Source of the DNA: an uncultured bacterium
GTDB lineage: Bacteria; Krumholzibacteriota; Krumholzibacteriia; Krumholzibacteriales; Krumholzibacteriaceae
NCBI GenBank assembly: GCA_963786935.1
Contig: CAWBAN010000002.1
Span: forward strand, 288,001 to 352,000
Direction: 5' to 3'
Length of the DNA: 64,000 bases
A model generated the notes under the pieces. That model searched no databases, was not told where the DNA came from, and saw only the letters and a program-made list of their open reading frames with translations. The position numbers and the translations under genes are program-made. This document shows, in pieces, positions 36,615 to 47,471 of the stretch; the first letter of the stretch is position 1; each line of letters starts with the position of its first letter.

Positions 36615-38171
36615 ATGAAGATCGTGACCGGCGCAGAGATGCGCCGGATCGACGAGGCGACGATCAGCCGTTTCGTCACCGGCGTGGCCCTCATGGAGCG
36701 CGCGGGGCAGCGCGTGTTCGAGCAGATCGAGTCGACCTTCCCCGCGCTCGATTCCGTGTGCGTGTCGATTTTCCTCGGGCGCGGGAACAACGCCGGGGAC
36801 GGCCTCGTCGTCGCGCGGCTCCTCGCCGAGCGCGGCGCGCGGGTGATTCTCCTTTATGTGCGCCCGCCCGAGGAGTTTTCGCCGGACGCGGCGAAGAACC
36901 ACTCGCGGCTCGCTTCGCTCGACGGCGCGAAGATCGTCGAGGTGTTCCTCACGCTCTCGGGCTGGCAGGAGCTCGCGCGCAAGGCGCTCGAAGATTCCGA
37001 TCTCATCGTGGACGCGCTCCTCGGGACCGGCCTCAACAAGGCGGTCGGGGAGGATTACGCCGCGGCGATCGACCTCATGAACGGGAGCGATCTCCCGATC
37101 CTCTCCGTGGACATCCCCTCGGGCGTGAACGCCGACACGGGGGAGATCATGGGATCCGCGGTCGCCGCCGACACGACGGTCACGATGGGGCTCCCCAAGA
37201 TCGGCTGCCTCTTCTATCCGGGGAAGGGCGCCGCGGGGGATCTCGTCGTCGGCGATATCGGCGTTCCGGCCGAGGTGATCGAGGAGCAGGAGATCCGGTG
37301 CGAAACGCTCGATCTCGCCCGCGCGGTGGAGGATCTCCCCCTGCGGGAGCCCACGGCGCACAAGTTCGCGTGCGGCTCGCTCCTCGTCGTCGCGGGGAGC
37401 AGGCGCTACGCGGGGGCGGCGTCGCTCACCGCGATCTCGGCGTTGAAGACCGGCTGCGGCATCGTGTACTGCGCGGGGCCGGAGTCGATCCGCACCGTCG
37501 TGCAGGGGGCGGCGCCCGAAGTGATATTCGTCGCGCTTCCGGAGACCGCCGCCGGCTCCCTCGCCGCGGCGGGCGTGCTCAAGCTCCTCGAAGAGATCCG
37601 CTACGACGCGCTCGCGATCGGGCCGGGGCTCACGACGGAGCCCGACACGGCGAAGGTCGTGCGCTCGATGCTCGATCGCTGCCCAAAGCCCATGCTCATC
37701 GACGCTGACGGGCTCAACGCGCTCGAGGCGCGCTTCGCCGATATCGTCCGTGCGTCGAAGGTCAAGGAGATCGTCATCACGCCGCACGCCGGGGAGCTGA
37801 AACGGCTCGCGGGCGAGAGCGCGCCGGATCTTCCCGTGCCGCGGATCGAATGGCTCCGCGAGCTCGTGCGGGACACCGGTGTCACGGTCGTGCACAAGGG
37901 CGCGCCGACCGTCGTCGTCAATCCCGACGGGAGCGCCGGCGTCTGCGTGAACGGCCATCCGGGGCAGGCGACCGCGGGGAGCGGGGACGTGCTGAGCGGC
38001 GCCATCGCGGGTTTCCTCGCGCAGGGGGCCGGCGCCGCGCGCGCGGCCCGGCTCGGCGTGTATCTGCACTCGCGCGCCGCCGAGATCGCCGCGCTCGATA
38101 CGGGCGAGCGCGGGATGATCGCGGGAGACTGCATGCGGGCGCTTCCCGCCGCCCTCAAGGAGCTGGAGTGA
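36615..38171 (+). CDS. nnr: Bifunctional NAD(P)H-hydrate epimerase/dehydratase
   Basis: LMERAG, G.GNNAGDG, DALLGTG, DIPSG, IGPGL, DADGLN, TPHAGE, AGSGDVL. Confidence 0.93.
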   Translation: MKIVTGAEMRRIDEATISRFVTGVALMERAGQRVFEQIESTFPALDSVCVSIFLGRGNNAGDGLVVARLLAERGARVILLYVRPPEEFSPDAAKNHSRLASLDGAKIVEVFLTLSGWQELARKALEDSDLIVDALLGTGLNKAVGEDYAAAIDLMNGSDLPILSVDIPSGVNADTGEIMGSAVAADTTVTMGLPKIGCLFYPGKGAAGDLVVGDIGVPAEVIEEQEIRCETLDLARAVEDLPLREPTAHKFACGSLLVVAGSRRYAGAASLTAISALKTGCGIVYCAGPESIRTVVQGAAPEVIFVALPETAAGSLAAAGVLKLLEEIRYDALAIGPGLTTEPDTAKVVRSMLDRCPKPMLIDADGLNALEARFADIVRASKVKEIVITPHAGELKRLAGESAPDLPVPRIEWLRELVRDTGVTVVHKGAPTVVVNPDGSAGVCVNGHPGQATAGSGDVLSGAIAGFLAQGAGAARAARLGVYLHSRAAEIAALDTGERGMIAGDCMRALPAALKELE

Positions 38172-38191
38172 GCCGCGAGGCTCGCGGAATC

Positions 38192-39268
38192 ATGAGAGAG
38201 CTCGAGGTCATCGATCGCCTCCGACGCGCGTTTCCCGACTGCGGCATCGGGGACGACGCCGCGGTGCTCCCCGCGCCGCGCGGGGAGATGCTCTTCGCGG
38301 CGGACGCCGCCGTCGAAGCGGTGCACTTCGACCGCGGGTTCTGCACCCTGAGCCAGGCCGTCCAGAAGCTCGTCACTTCCAACGTCTCGGATATATTCGC
38401 CATGGGAGGATCGCCGGGATCGATCGTTTTCACCGCGGCGCTCCCCCCGGGCTGCACCCCCGCCGACGTCGATTCGATTATCGACGGGTTGCGGCGGGCC
38501 TGCACGCAGTACGGCATCAAGCTCGCCGGCGGGGACACCGTATCGAGCCCCCACGGGTTCTGCTTCAACGTCGCGATCGTCGGTGAAGCGCCGCGCGGCC
38601 GGTCGGTGCTGCGCTCGGGCGCGCGAGTCGGAGACGCGCTCGTGCTCTTCGGGGAGATCGGGCTGTCGCGCGCGGGGCTGGACATTCTCTCGCGCTCTCT
38701 CGAAGAGCCTGCGTCCGGTCTCGGGGACGCGCTTCCGCTCGTGTCGATCGCGTCGTCGCCCGCGGAGCTCGAGCGCCTCACGCGCGCTCTTGGATGGATT
38801 CCCCGCGCGCACGAAGCCGCGCGCTGCATTCAGCGTCACCTTGTTCCCCTCGCCATCCCGCTCGACGCCGCCCTGCTGGATGCCGATCCCCCGTGCGTCA
38901 CGGCGATGATCGATATCTCCGACGGGCTCGGAAAGGATCTGCGCACCCTGTGCGCCGAGAGCGGCGTCGGCGCCGTGATAGACGAAGAGTCCTTGCCGAT
39001 TCCTCCCGCGATCGGCGCGTTCCGCGGGCTCGAGGGAGAGGCGTTGATCGACTTCGCCCTCTCGAGCGGCGAGGAGTACGTGCTGCTCGCGGGGATATCG
39101 CCCGAAGCCGTCGGGCGGCTCAGAGCCGGCGTCGCCGCGCGGGGCGAGGCTGCGGGAGCCGCGACGGTGATCGGCGTGACGGTTCCCGCGGATAAGGGGA
39201 TCACGCTGATCGGCGGGAGCGGGAATAAACGCTCGATGCCGAAGCTCGGTTACGAGCACGCGTTTTGA
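38192..39268 (+). CDS. thiL: Thiamine-phosphate kinase
   Basis: GIGDDAAV, SNVSDI.AMGG, GGDT, MIDISDGL, GEEY.LL, GYEH. Confidence 0.9.
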   Translation: MRELEVIDRLRRAFPDCGIGDDAAVLPAPRGEMLFAADAAVEAVHFDRGFCTLSQAVQKLVTSNVSDIFAMGGSPGSIVFTAALPPGCTPADVDSIIDGLRRACTQYGIKLAGGDTVSSPHGFCFNVAIVGEAPRGRSVLRSGARVGDALVLFGEIGLSRAGLDILSRSLEEPASGLGDALPLVSIASSPAELERLTRALGWIPRAHEAARCIQRHLVPLAIPLDAALLDADPPCVTAMIDISDGLGKDLRTLCAESGVGAVIDEESLPIPPAIGAFRGLEGEALIDFALSSGEEYVLLAGISPEAVGRLRAGVAARGEAAGAATVIGVTVPADKGITLIGGSGNKRSMPKLGYEHAF

Positions 39269-39282
39269 GAAGAAAGGCCTCG

Positions 39283-39891
39283 ATGCATCTCTATCTCCTC
39301 CGCCACGGCCAGACCGACTGGAACAGGGATCACAGGATTATGGGGACGGGACCCATCCCGCTCAACGAGAGCGGACGGGACATGGTGGCCGAGCTCGCCC
39401 GCGCGCTCAAGCCGAAAGGCATCTCGATCGTCTTTACGAGCACGGTCGCGCGCGCCTTCGAGAGCGCGTGCATTCTCGCCGGCGAATGGGGCGCGGAGCT
39501 CCGGGAAGAGCCGCGGCTCAACGAGTCGCCCTTCGAGCCGTGGATCGGGAAGACCTATCACGAGCTCGCCCACGACGAGAACTTCAAGCTCTACTTCGAC
39601 AAACCGACCCGCGCCCGCTTCTCGAACGGCGAGGGGATGGCCGATATCCAGCGCCGGGCCCTCGAAGCGGTGGAGCACATCCGGAAGGAGACGGGGACGG
39701 GGCGCGCCGCCGCCGTCTCCCACAGCGACGTCATCAAGCCGGTGCTCGCGCATTACCTCGGCATGGATCTCGATACGATCCACCGGCTCGCCGTCGCGAA
39801 CGCGTCGGCCTCGCTCGTCGATTTCAGCGAGGCGCCGCCGCGGATCCGCTACATCAATATGGCGCCGTGGCAGTGGCGCGATGCACCGTGA
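39283..39891 (+). CDS. Histidine phosphatase family protein
   Basis: YLLRHGQTDWN, RL.E, VSH motifs. Confidence 0.9.
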   Translation: MHLYLLRHGQTDWNRDHRIMGTGPIPLNESGRDMVAELARALKPKGISIVFTSTVARAFESACILAGEWGAELREEPRLNESPFEPWIGKTYHELAHDENFKLYFDKPTRARFSNGEGMADIQRRALEAVEHIRKETGTGRAAAVSHSDVIKPVLAHYLGMDLDTIHRLAVANASASLVDFSEAPPRIRYINMAPWQWRDAP

Positions 39892-40010
39892 GGGAGCTCG
39901 CCCGGCACGGTCCAGAATTGTGTTGACGGGCCCGGCCCGGTGCGGTTAGGAATTATGCCGAAGGCGTGGACAGCCCCTGCATTCGAACCATTTCCTACAG
40001 GAGAGACCCC

Positions 40011-41426
40011 ATGAACGGATCCCCCCGTCAGGTACTGGAATTTTCCAAATCGAAGGGCGCCGAGTTCGTCGACATCAAGTTCATCGACTTTCCGGGCAGG
40101 TGGCAGCATTTCACGATTCCCGCCTCGCGGCTCTCCGAGGAGACGTTCGCCGAAGGCATCCCGTTCGACGGCTCGAGCATCCGCGGCTGGAAGAACATCA
40201 ACGAAAGCGACATGCTCGTCATTCCCGACGCGTCCGCCGTTTTCATGGATCCGTTCTGCTCGCACCCGACCCTGAGCATCATCGGGGATATCCACGATCC
40301 GATCACCCGGGAGCCGTACGCGCGCGATCCGCGTTACATCGCGCGCAAGGCGGAGCGGCATCTCGCGAGCACGGGCCTCGCCGATCGCGCCTACCTCGGG
40401 CCCGAGGCGGAGTTCTTCATCCTCGACGACGCGCGCTTCGCGCAGGACGAGCACAGCGCATTCTACTCGGTCGATTCCATCGAGGGCGTCTGGAACTCGG
40501 GGCGCGACGAGGGGCCGAACCTCGCGTACAAATCGCGGCTCAAAGAGGGCTATTTCCCCGTGCCGCCGAGCGATTCGCTCCAGGATCTCCGGAGCGAGAT
40601 CGTGAAGAACCTCACGGCGTGCGGCCTCGTCTGCGAGGTGCAGCACCACGAAGTGGCGACGGGGCAGAGCGAGATCGGGCTCCGGTTCGACACCATCGTG
40701 CGGATGGCCGACGCGCTGTCGATCTTCAAGTACGTCGTCAAGAACACGGCGCGCGCGTTCGGGAAGACGGCCACCTTCATGCCGAAGCCGATATTCGGCG
40801 ACAACGGCTCGGGGATGCACGTGCACATCTCGCTCTGGCGCGGCGACAAGAACCTCTTCGCGGGCCCCGAGTACGGGGGATTGAGCGAAACGGCGCTCTA
40901 CTTCATCGGAGGCCTCATCGCGAACGCCCACGCGCTCCTCGGCATCACGAACCCGTCGACGATCTCGTACAAGCGGCTCGTCCCGGGCTTCGAGGCGCCG
41001 GTGAATCTCGCCTACTCCCAGCGGAACCGGAGCGCGGCGATCAGGATCCCCGTGACCTCCGGCAAGACCGAGGCGAAGCGGGTCGAGTTCCGTTGCCCCG
41101 ATTCGACGGGGAATCCATACCTCGCCTTCGCGGCCATCCTCATGGCGGGGCTCGACGGCATCGAAAATCGCAGGCATCCGGGCGAGCCGCTCGACAAGAA
41201 CATCTACGATATGCCCCCGTCGGAGCTCGCGAACGTGAAGAAGACGTGCGCCGATTTCCCCGCGGCGCTCGCCGCGCTCGAAGCGGGGCACGAGTTCCTC
41301 CTCAAGGGGGACGTGTTCACCGAGGACGTGATCCGCACCTGGATCGATTACAAACGCGAGAACGAGGTCGTGCCGGTGATGATCCGGCCGAACCCGTTCG
41401 AATTTTGCATCTATTTTGATGTATAA
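40011..41426 (+). CDS. glnA: Type I glutamine synthetase
   Basis: FDGSSIRGW, GPEAEFF, HHEVA, TFMPKP.FGDNGSGMH, RNRSA.IRIP, DKNIYD adenylylation loop. Confidence 0.97.
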   Translation: MNGSPRQVLEFSKSKGAEFVDIKFIDFPGRWQHFTIPASRLSEETFAEGIPFDGSSIRGWKNINESDMLVIPDASAVFMDPFCSHPTLSIIGDIHDPITREPYARDPRYIARKAERHLASTGLADRAYLGPEAEFFILDDARFAQDEHSAFYSVDSIEGVWNSGRDEGPNLAYKSRLKEGYFPVPPSDSLQDLRSEIVKNLTACGLVCEVQHHEVATGQSEIGLRFDTIVRMADALSIFKYVVKNTARAFGKTATFMPKPIFGDNGSGMHVHISLWRGDKNLFAGPEYGGLSETALYFIGGLIANAHALLGITNPSTISYKRLVPGFEAPVNLAYSQRNRSAAIRIPVTSGKTEAKRVEFRCPDSTGNPYLAFAAILMAGLDGIENRRHPGEPLDKNIYDMPPSELANVKKTCADFPAALAALEAGHEFLLKGDVFTEDVIRTWIDYKRENEVVPVMIRPNPFEFCIYFDV

Positions 41427-41492
41427 TGGCGCCGAGGCCGCGACGCGCGGCGACATCGAGGCGGCGTCCGCGCCGCGTCGAAATAGAAGCTG

Positions 41493-44138
41493 GTGCGCAT
41501 GACGGTTCCGATTCTCAAATCTTCACGGCTTCCCCGGCCGCGCTTCGGCGCCGGCGAGGACTGGATGACCGTCTTCGCGGGTGAGGTGCGCGACGCCTAC
41601 AAGGCCTGGCTGAAGGATCTCGAGCGGCATCACCGCGCGGGCGGCTCAGGCGTGGAGGTCGCGCGCGCGATTTCCGTCGGCGTGGAGACGGTCGTCGTGC
41701 ACCTGCACGGCTCGCTCGAGAAATGGATGGGCTCGCGTCTGCGCAGGGCACCGGCCGTGATCGGGCTCGGCGGCATCGGACGGCGGGATCTTTCGCCGAA
41801 GAGCGACGTCGATCTCCTCTTTCTCTGGGACAAGAAGCCGGGACCGGCCGGGACCGCCTTCACCGGATATCTCGTGCGGATGCTCTGGGACGCGGGGCTC
41901 GAGCTCGGCTCCTCGGTGCGGACCGTCGCCGAGCTCCGCGCGGCGCTCGCGCGGGACACCGACCTCAAGACCGCCGTGCTCGACGGCCGCTGGCTCTGCG
42001 GCGAAGAATCGATGAAGGAGACGCTCCAGGCGATCAAAACCGAGGTGCGGGAGCGGGAGAGCGGCGGGCTCCTCGAGGCGAAGCTCGCCGAGGCGCGCCG
42101 GCGATGGGAAAAATACGGATGGAGCTACCACCTCATCGAACCGAACGCCAAGGAGAGCCCCGGGGGACTCCGCGACCATCAGATGATCCGTTGGGTGGGC
42201 ATGGTGCTCCCGTGGGACGGCACGCTCGAGGGGCTCTACCGGCTCGCCATCATCGATCGCCACGAGATCAAGGACATCAGGCGCGCGTACGATTTCATCC
42301 TGCGGACGAGGCACGAGCTGCATTTCCTGATGGGATCCAACTGGAACATCCTCACGCTCGATCTCCAGCGCACCGCCGCGAAGAACCTCGGCTACGCCGA
42401 CGTCGCCGGGCTCCTCGCCGTCGAGCGTTTCATGCGCGACTACTATTCGATGACCCGGGCCGTTTTCACCCTCCTCGAGCGGTTCCTCGAGGAGACGACC
42501 GGCGGCGGGAATCTCCGCATCATCGACGGCTCGCTCTACCGGCGCGTGGGAACCAAGGGGCTCGACCAGCTCGACCTGCGCCTCAACCGCGCGCGGCTGC
42601 GCGAGGACCCGCTCTATGCCTTCAAGGAGCAGATCGGCGCGGGGAAGCGCTTTTCCCCGCGGACCGAGCGCCGCATCAGGGGCGTGTTCAGGGGGGCGCG
42701 GCTCGGGCGAGGCGCCGTCGAGCGGATGCGCCGCTCGTTTATCGAGCTGCTGGAGCTTCCGGGAAAGAAGGCCCCGGTGATTCGGAGCATGCACGAGCTC
42801 GGCGCGCTGAAATATCTCTTCCCGCCGTTCGAGAAGCTCACCTGCCTCAAGAAATACGACCTCTACCATCAGTACACGGCCGACGAGCACACGCTGCAGG
42901 CGATCGCGAACCTCGACGAGCTCGAATGCTGCGAGGGCGGGCTCCTCCCGCGGATCTACGACGAGGTCGCCGAGCGCACCGAGCTGCTGCTCGCCACGCT
43001 GCTCCACGACATTGGCAAGCCCTCCGCACGCGGCCACGCCCGATCCGGCGCGCGCATGGCCGAATCGCTCCTGCGCTCGTTTCCGATTTCGCCGCGCTCC
43101 CGCTCGCTCGTCGCCTTCCTCGTGCGGAATCATCTGCTCCTCTCGCATTTCAGCCAGCGGCGCGACATGGAGGACCGGGACACGGGGCTCCAGTTCGTGA
43201 AGAGCGTGAAGAGCCACGTGAACCTCAAGCTGCTTTATCTCCTCACGTGCGCCGACCTCAAGGCGACCGGGCCGAGCGTCTGGACCGGCTGGAAGGAGAA
43301 TCTCCTCGAGGACCTCTACTTCAAGGCGTCGCGGATGCTCGCGGACAAATCGGAGTCGGGCGCCTTCTTCAGGAAGACGATCGAGAAGCGGCGCTCGCAG
43401 ATGATCGCGCTCTGCCCGTCCGGCGACGAGCGCGCCGCGATGGAAGTCCACCTCGCGAATCTTCCCGACCGCTACGCCATGGTCGTCACGCCGGCCCGGG
43501 CGAAGGCGCACGTGGCGATGGTCTCCCGCCTCAAATCGCGCGGCGTGATCGTCGAGGCGAGGCGGCTCCAGCATTCCATCGAGATCACCATGTGCACCCG
43601 CGACCGTCCCTTCAGGCTCTCCCAGCTCTGCGGCCTCATCACGATCAACGATCTCAATATCCTCGGCGCGTTCGCCTTCACCCGCACGGACGGCGTCGTG
43701 ATCGACCTCTTCCACTGCACGGGGGTCGACGGCCGCCTCGCGTTCCCCCCGGGAACGGCGCGGAAGCTCGAGCGCGATTTCGCCGCGGTGCTCGCCGGCG
43801 AGATCGATCTCGAGCGGGCGTACGCCGCCCACGTCGAGCGCTGGAAATGGCGAACGTCGAAGGGGGGGCGCGTTCCGACGGTCGTCGAGTTCGAGAACGA
43901 TCTGTCGCGGGAAAGCACGATCGTCGATCTCTCCGCGAACGACCGCCCCGGCCTCCTCTACCGCGTGACCCGCGTCCTGTCCGAGGAGGGGCTCGACATC
44001 CAGAGCGCGCAGATCTCGACGCGCGGCGAGGAGGCGGCGGATTCGTTCTACGTGAAGACCGCCGACGGGAAGAAGCTCGCCGACGCGGCGCGGATGCGGG
44101 AGGTCAGGCTGCGCCTGAAGGCGGAGCTCGACCGTTGA
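41493..44138 (+). CDS. glnD: [Protein-PII] uridylyltransferase / uridylyl-removing enzyme
   Basis: GG.GR.DL.P.SDVDL, KESPGGLRD, YHQYT.DEH, LLHDIGK, two ACT domains (DRPGLL); start uncertain. Confidence 0.9.
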   Translation: MRMTVPILKSSRLPRPRFGAGEDWMTVFAGEVRDAYKAWLKDLERHHRAGGSGVEVARAISVGVETVVVHLHGSLEKWMGSRLRRAPAVIGLGGIGRRDLSPKSDVDLLFLWDKKPGPAGTAFTGYLVRMLWDAGLELGSSVRTVAELRAALARDTDLKTAVLDGRWLCGEESMKETLQAIKTEVRERESGGLLEAKLAEARRRWEKYGWSYHLIEPNAKESPGGLRDHQMIRWVGMVLPWDGTLEGLYRLAIIDRHEIKDIRRAYDFILRTRHELHFLMGSNWNILTLDLQRTAAKNLGYADVAGLLAVERFMRDYYSMTRAVFTLLERFLEETTGGGNLRIIDGSLYRRVGTKGLDQLDLRLNRARLREDPLYAFKEQIGAGKRFSPRTERRIRGVFRGARLGRGAVERMRRSFIELLELPGKKAPVIRSMHELGALKYLFPPFEKLTCLKKYDLYHQYTADEHTLQAIANLDELECCEGGLLPRIYDEVAERTELLLATLLHDIGKPSARGHARSGARMAESLLRSFPISPRSRSLVAFLVRNHLLLSHFSQRRDMEDRDTGLQFVKSVKSHVNLKLLYLLTCADLKATGPSVWTGWKENLLEDLYFKASRMLADKSESGAFFRKTIEKRRSQMIALCPSGDERAAMEVHLANLPDRYAMVVTPARAKAHVAMVSRLKSRGVIVEARRLQHSIEITMCTRDRPFRLSQLCGLITINDLNILGAFAFTRTDGVVIDLFHCTGVDGRLAFPPGTARKLERDFAAVLAGEIDLERAYAAHVERWKWRTSKGGRVPTVVEFENDLSRESTIVDLSANDRPGLLYRVTRVLSEEGLDIQSAQISTRGEEAADSFYVKTADGKKLADAARMREVRLRLKAELDR

Positions 44139-44167
44139 AATTAACCGAGACGCCGGCCGTCACTCTG

Positions 44168-44176
44168 TGCTATAAT
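44168..44176 (+). promoter_or_regulatory. Extended -10 promoter element
   Basis: TGcTATAAT in an AT-rich gap, then AGGAGG RBS before 44224. Confidence 0.55.
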
Positions 44177-44223
44177 ATTCATTGATAATTAGTTATACCA
44201 TTCCAACCAACAGGAGGTTCGGC

Positions 44224-45795
44224 ATGCCTGCAAAGCGTATCGCTGTTCTGGCCTTCGCCGCGTTGCTCGTGACCGCGCTGAGCGGCGGCGGAATCTGCAT
44301 GATTCCGCGTCTCATCAATTATCAAGGCGTCGTTACGGACGCATCCGGCAATGTCATCAGCGGCGCGCATACGCTCACGTTCGGCATTTACGCCGAACCG
44401 GAGGATATCGCGGGCCGGGCGCTCTGGACCGAAGTGCATACCGGCGTGGCGCTGGAAGACGGATTGTTCAACGTCATCCTCGGAAGCGTCACCACGCTCC
44501 CCGAGTATCTCTTTTCCCCCGGCTTCGACCGCTACATCGGGGTGAAGGTCGACGGGGACGCGGAGATGAGGCCTCGGATGCTGGTCACCTCGGTGCCGTG
44601 GGCGTACAAAGCGGGGCTCGCGGACTCGGCGCTCGCCGCGCCCGGCGGCGCGACGGGATGGACCATCATGGGCAGCAATATGTATTCGACCGTGACGGGG
44701 AAGATCGGCGTCGGGGAGCCGTCGCCGCTCGCCAAGCTTCACGTGCGGTCCGGCGATATTCAGCTTCCCCAGACGGCGACGTACGGCGACGACGCGATCG
44801 TCGAGGGGAGCGACGCCGTTCTCGGCCTCTACAGCACGGACGGCGGGAGCTACGGCTCCGCGATCACGCTCGCCGAGCTCGACGCGGCGCACGCGCTGAC
44901 CGGCAAGTGGAGCATGTTCCGCACGACCGGCGTCTCGTCGAGGCTCACCTTCTCGTTCGGGCCGGACTCGAGCTACGCGGCCAATCCGGCCATCATGTCG
45001 CTTCGCTCCACCGGCGTCGGGATCGGGACGACCAGCCCGGCGCGAAAGCTCGAGATCAACGACACGCAGGCCTTCGTGCGGATTACGTCCTCGAGCGCGC
45101 AGGGATCGGTGCTCGAGCTCAAGAGCTCCTCGACGGCCGGCGGCACATGGCCCGGGACGATCAATTTCCTCAACGGGAGCAACGGGGTCGAAGGCGCGAT
45201 TGAATACTACTCCATCCCGTTCATGGATCAGCCGGGAATGTATTTCAGGGCGGGGGGCTATACGAGGCTCTTTCTCAACAGCTCCAACGGCAACGTCGGC
45301 ATCGGCACGGCGACGCCGGCGGAGAAGCTCCAGGTCGAGGGCACCGTCAAGTGCGCGGTGCTCAAGCTCACCGGCGGCTCCGATATCGCCGAGCCCTTCG
45401 ACGTGAACGAGAGCGTCGAGATCGCCGAGGGGATGGTGCTCGCCATCGATCCCGATTCGCCGGGGAACCTCAAGGTCGCCGACGCCGCCTACGACCGGCG
45501 CGTGGCGGGGGTCGTGAGCGGGGCGGGAGAGGTGCAGCCGGGTCTCATCATGTCGCAGGAGGGCACCGCCGCGGACGGAAAATATCCCGTGGCCCTGACC
45601 GGCCGCGTGTACTGCCTCGCCGACGCGTCGAGCGGGCCGATCGAACCGGGGGATCTCCTCACGACGTCGGATACGCCGGGGCACGCGATGAAGGTCGTCG
45701 ATCACGCGCGCGCGCAGGGCGCCGTTCTCGGCAAGGCGATGACCTCGCTCAAAGCGGGCCGGGGTCTCGTGCTCGTGCTCGTCAGCCTGCAGTAA
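44224..45795 (+). CDS. Secreted fibre-like protein with G.VGIGT repeats and a C-terminal autoproteolytic chaperone-like domain
   Basis: P.LINYQG.VTD N-domain; GKIGVG, GVGIGTTSP..KL, GNVGIGT.TP.EKL.V.G; SDIAEPF...V.L.GRV..GDLLTTS..PGHAM. Confidence 0.7.
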   Translation: MPAKRIAVLAFAALLVTALSGGGICMIPRLINYQGVVTDASGNVISGAHTLTFGIYAEPEDIAGRALWTEVHTGVALEDGLFNVILGSVTTLPEYLFSPGFDRYIGVKVDGDAEMRPRMLVTSVPWAYKAGLADSALAAPGGATGWTIMGSNMYSTVTGKIGVGEPSPLAKLHVRSGDIQLPQTATYGDDAIVEGSDAVLGLYSTDGGSYGSAITLAELDAAHALTGKWSMFRTTGVSSRLTFSFGPDSSYAANPAIMSLRSTGVGIGTTSPARKLEINDTQAFVRITSSSAQGSVLELKSSSTAGGTWPGTINFLNGSNGVEGAIEYYSIPFMDQPGMYFRAGGYTRLFLNSSNGNVGIGTATPAEKLQVEGTVKCAVLKLTGGSDIAEPFDVNESVEIAEGMVLAIDPDSPGNLKVADAAYDRRVAGVVSGAGEVQPGLIMSQEGTAADGKYPVALTGRVYCLADASSGPIEPGDLLTTSDTPGHAMKVVDHARAQGAVLGKAMTSLKAGRGLVLVLVSLQ

Positions 45796-45807
45796 GGGGG
45801 CGATCCC

Positions 45808-47457
45808 ATGAATGCGAAGATCAAAATATCGCCCCCGGGCCGGCTTCTGATGATTCTCGCGGCGGCATGCTGTCTCTGCGCGCTCGGTCTCGATCCCCCG
45901 GCGCTCAACGCGCGGGAGATGCGCGAGTCCGAGGTGCGCGCCGCGGCGGAGACGTGGGTGCGGACCACGACCCGGGACGCGCGGCCCGACGCCGCGATCG
46001 AGCGGATGGAGCCGTATATCGTCGGCGGCGAGCTTGTCGCCTATATCGCGCATCTCCGCGGAGAGGGATTCTGCCTGTGCGCGCTCGACGAGCTGCTGCT
46101 CCCCGTGTATTTCTACGCGCCGCGCGGGACGTTCGATCCGGCGAATCAGCCGCTCCAGTGCGTCCTCGCGCAGATGACCGAGCGGGCGCGCATGGTCCGG
46201 CGATGGATCGCGGAGAACGATCCGGTGCTCCTCGGCATGCAGGACGTCGTGAGCGAGCGCGCGGCGGCGTGGACGAGCCTCGCCGGCGGACGCGCGCTTC
46301 CGAAGACGCGGGAGAGCCTCGAGACGACGGCGCTTCCCACGATGGTCGCGCTCGATCTGGGATGCACGTGGCATCAGGGGTCCCCGTACAACGATCAGTG
46401 TCCCCCGCTGCCGCCGGGCTCGGACGAGCACAGCGTCACCGGCTGTCCCGCGACGGCGATGGTGCAGATCATGCACTACTGGAAATGGCCGACGTCGGGG
46501 ACGGGAAGCCGCGGCATCTACTACCGGTATCGGCTGAGAACGGCAGGGAGCTGGAGCGGAACCGCTCTCGCGGCCGATCCGCAGCTCACGGATACGCTCA
46601 ACTGGAGCTGGGCCGGGCGCCTGAGATGGCGGTATATAGACGGCGTCGGCGGCAGGCTCGAGATGTCCGGTTACTGGGACTGGAGCATCAAGGCGACGGC
46701 CGAGGACACGTCGTCGACCTTCGTCGGCAACTATACGGCGGCGTACCAGACGGCGCTCAACACGCTCTACAACGGCATGCCGCGCGACTCGACGTATCAT
46801 TACGTCAACTTCGGAACGGCGTCGTACAACTGGAGCCTCATCGAGGGCAACCACTCCGATCCGGTCGACGCCGGCGATACGGAAACGGCGAAGCTCAACT
46901 ATCACTGCGGCATCGCCATCAACTCGACCTACGGGCTGCGGGGAACGAGCTCCTCGTGCCCGGAGACGTCGGACAACGTGCCCCTCTACTTCAGGTACGA
47001 CGCGGACGCCGTGACCGTGCCGGCGAACGAAACGACGATGACCGACGAGATTGCCTGGCTCCGGCCGCTCTCGATCGGCGGGTGCGGCCACGCGTGGGTC
47101 GTGCACGGATACGATTCGAGCACCGACCCGGACCGGCTCTTTCTCATGAACTTCGGCTGGGGAGGCGCGGTCGACGGATGGTACGTGGCCGACACGCGGT
47201 GCGCGATATCGGGGATGGAGCACGCCATCCGTCTCGCGCCCGCCGGCGTCGTCAAGTTCGTCGGATACCTGTTGAGCGGCGACGGCTCGCCGAACACGCC
47301 GTACCGGAACGTGGAGTCCGCGATCGCGTCCGCCCCCAACGGGGCGACGCTCATATTCAAGGCGGGCTCGGACAACACCTTTTCCGCTGCCGAGCTCACG
47401 ATCTCGCGCCCCTTCACCCTGAAGGGGAAGAACGTCACCATCCGCAAGGCGCTGTAG
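45808..47457 (+). CDS. Secreted C10 (streptopain-like) cysteine peptidase with propeptide
   Basis: W.QGSPYN.QCP, TGCPATAM.QIMHYW, GHAWV..GY, MNFGWGG..DGWY. Confidence 0.9.
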   Translation: MNAKIKISPPGRLLMILAAACCLCALGLDPPALNAREMRESEVRAAAETWVRTTTRDARPDAAIERMEPYIVGGELVAYIAHLRGEGFCLCALDELLLPVYFYAPRGTFDPANQPLQCVLAQMTERARMVRRWIAENDPVLLGMQDVVSERAAAWTSLAGGRALPKTRESLETTALPTMVALDLGCTWHQGSPYNDQCPPLPPGSDEHSVTGCPATAMVQIMHYWKWPTSGTGSRGIYYRYRLRTAGSWSGTALAADPQLTDTLNWSWAGRLRWRYIDGVGGRLEMSGYWDWSIKATAEDTSSTFVGNYTAAYQTALNTLYNGMPRDSTYHYVNFGTASYNWSLIEGNHSDPVDAGDTETAKLNYHCGIAINSTYGLRGTSSSCPETSDNVPLYFRYDADAVTVPANETTMTDEIAWLRPLSIGGCGHAWVVHGYDSSTDPDRLFLMNFGWGGAVDGWYVADTRCAISGMEHAIRLAPAGVVKFVGYLLSGDGSPNTPYRNVESAIASAPNGATLIFKAGSDNTFSAAELTISRPFTLKGKNVTIRKAL

Positions 47458-47471
47458 AGGAGGCGATCGGC

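Noticed and set aside
39895..40010. Sigma54/NtrC promoter for glnA
   Set aside because: GGCACG is present but there is no GC at the -12 position; the same applies upstream of glnB
44224..45795. Prophage tail fibre / prophage remnant
   Set aside because: Has a signal peptide-like N-terminus and no phage genes nearby
45351..47471. N-terminal extension of the 899-aa ORF; also extensions of 41-1180, 1253-2383, 30944-32533 and 37850-39268
   Set aside because: They overlap real genes in other frames; downstream starts with RBS or ATGA coupling fit better
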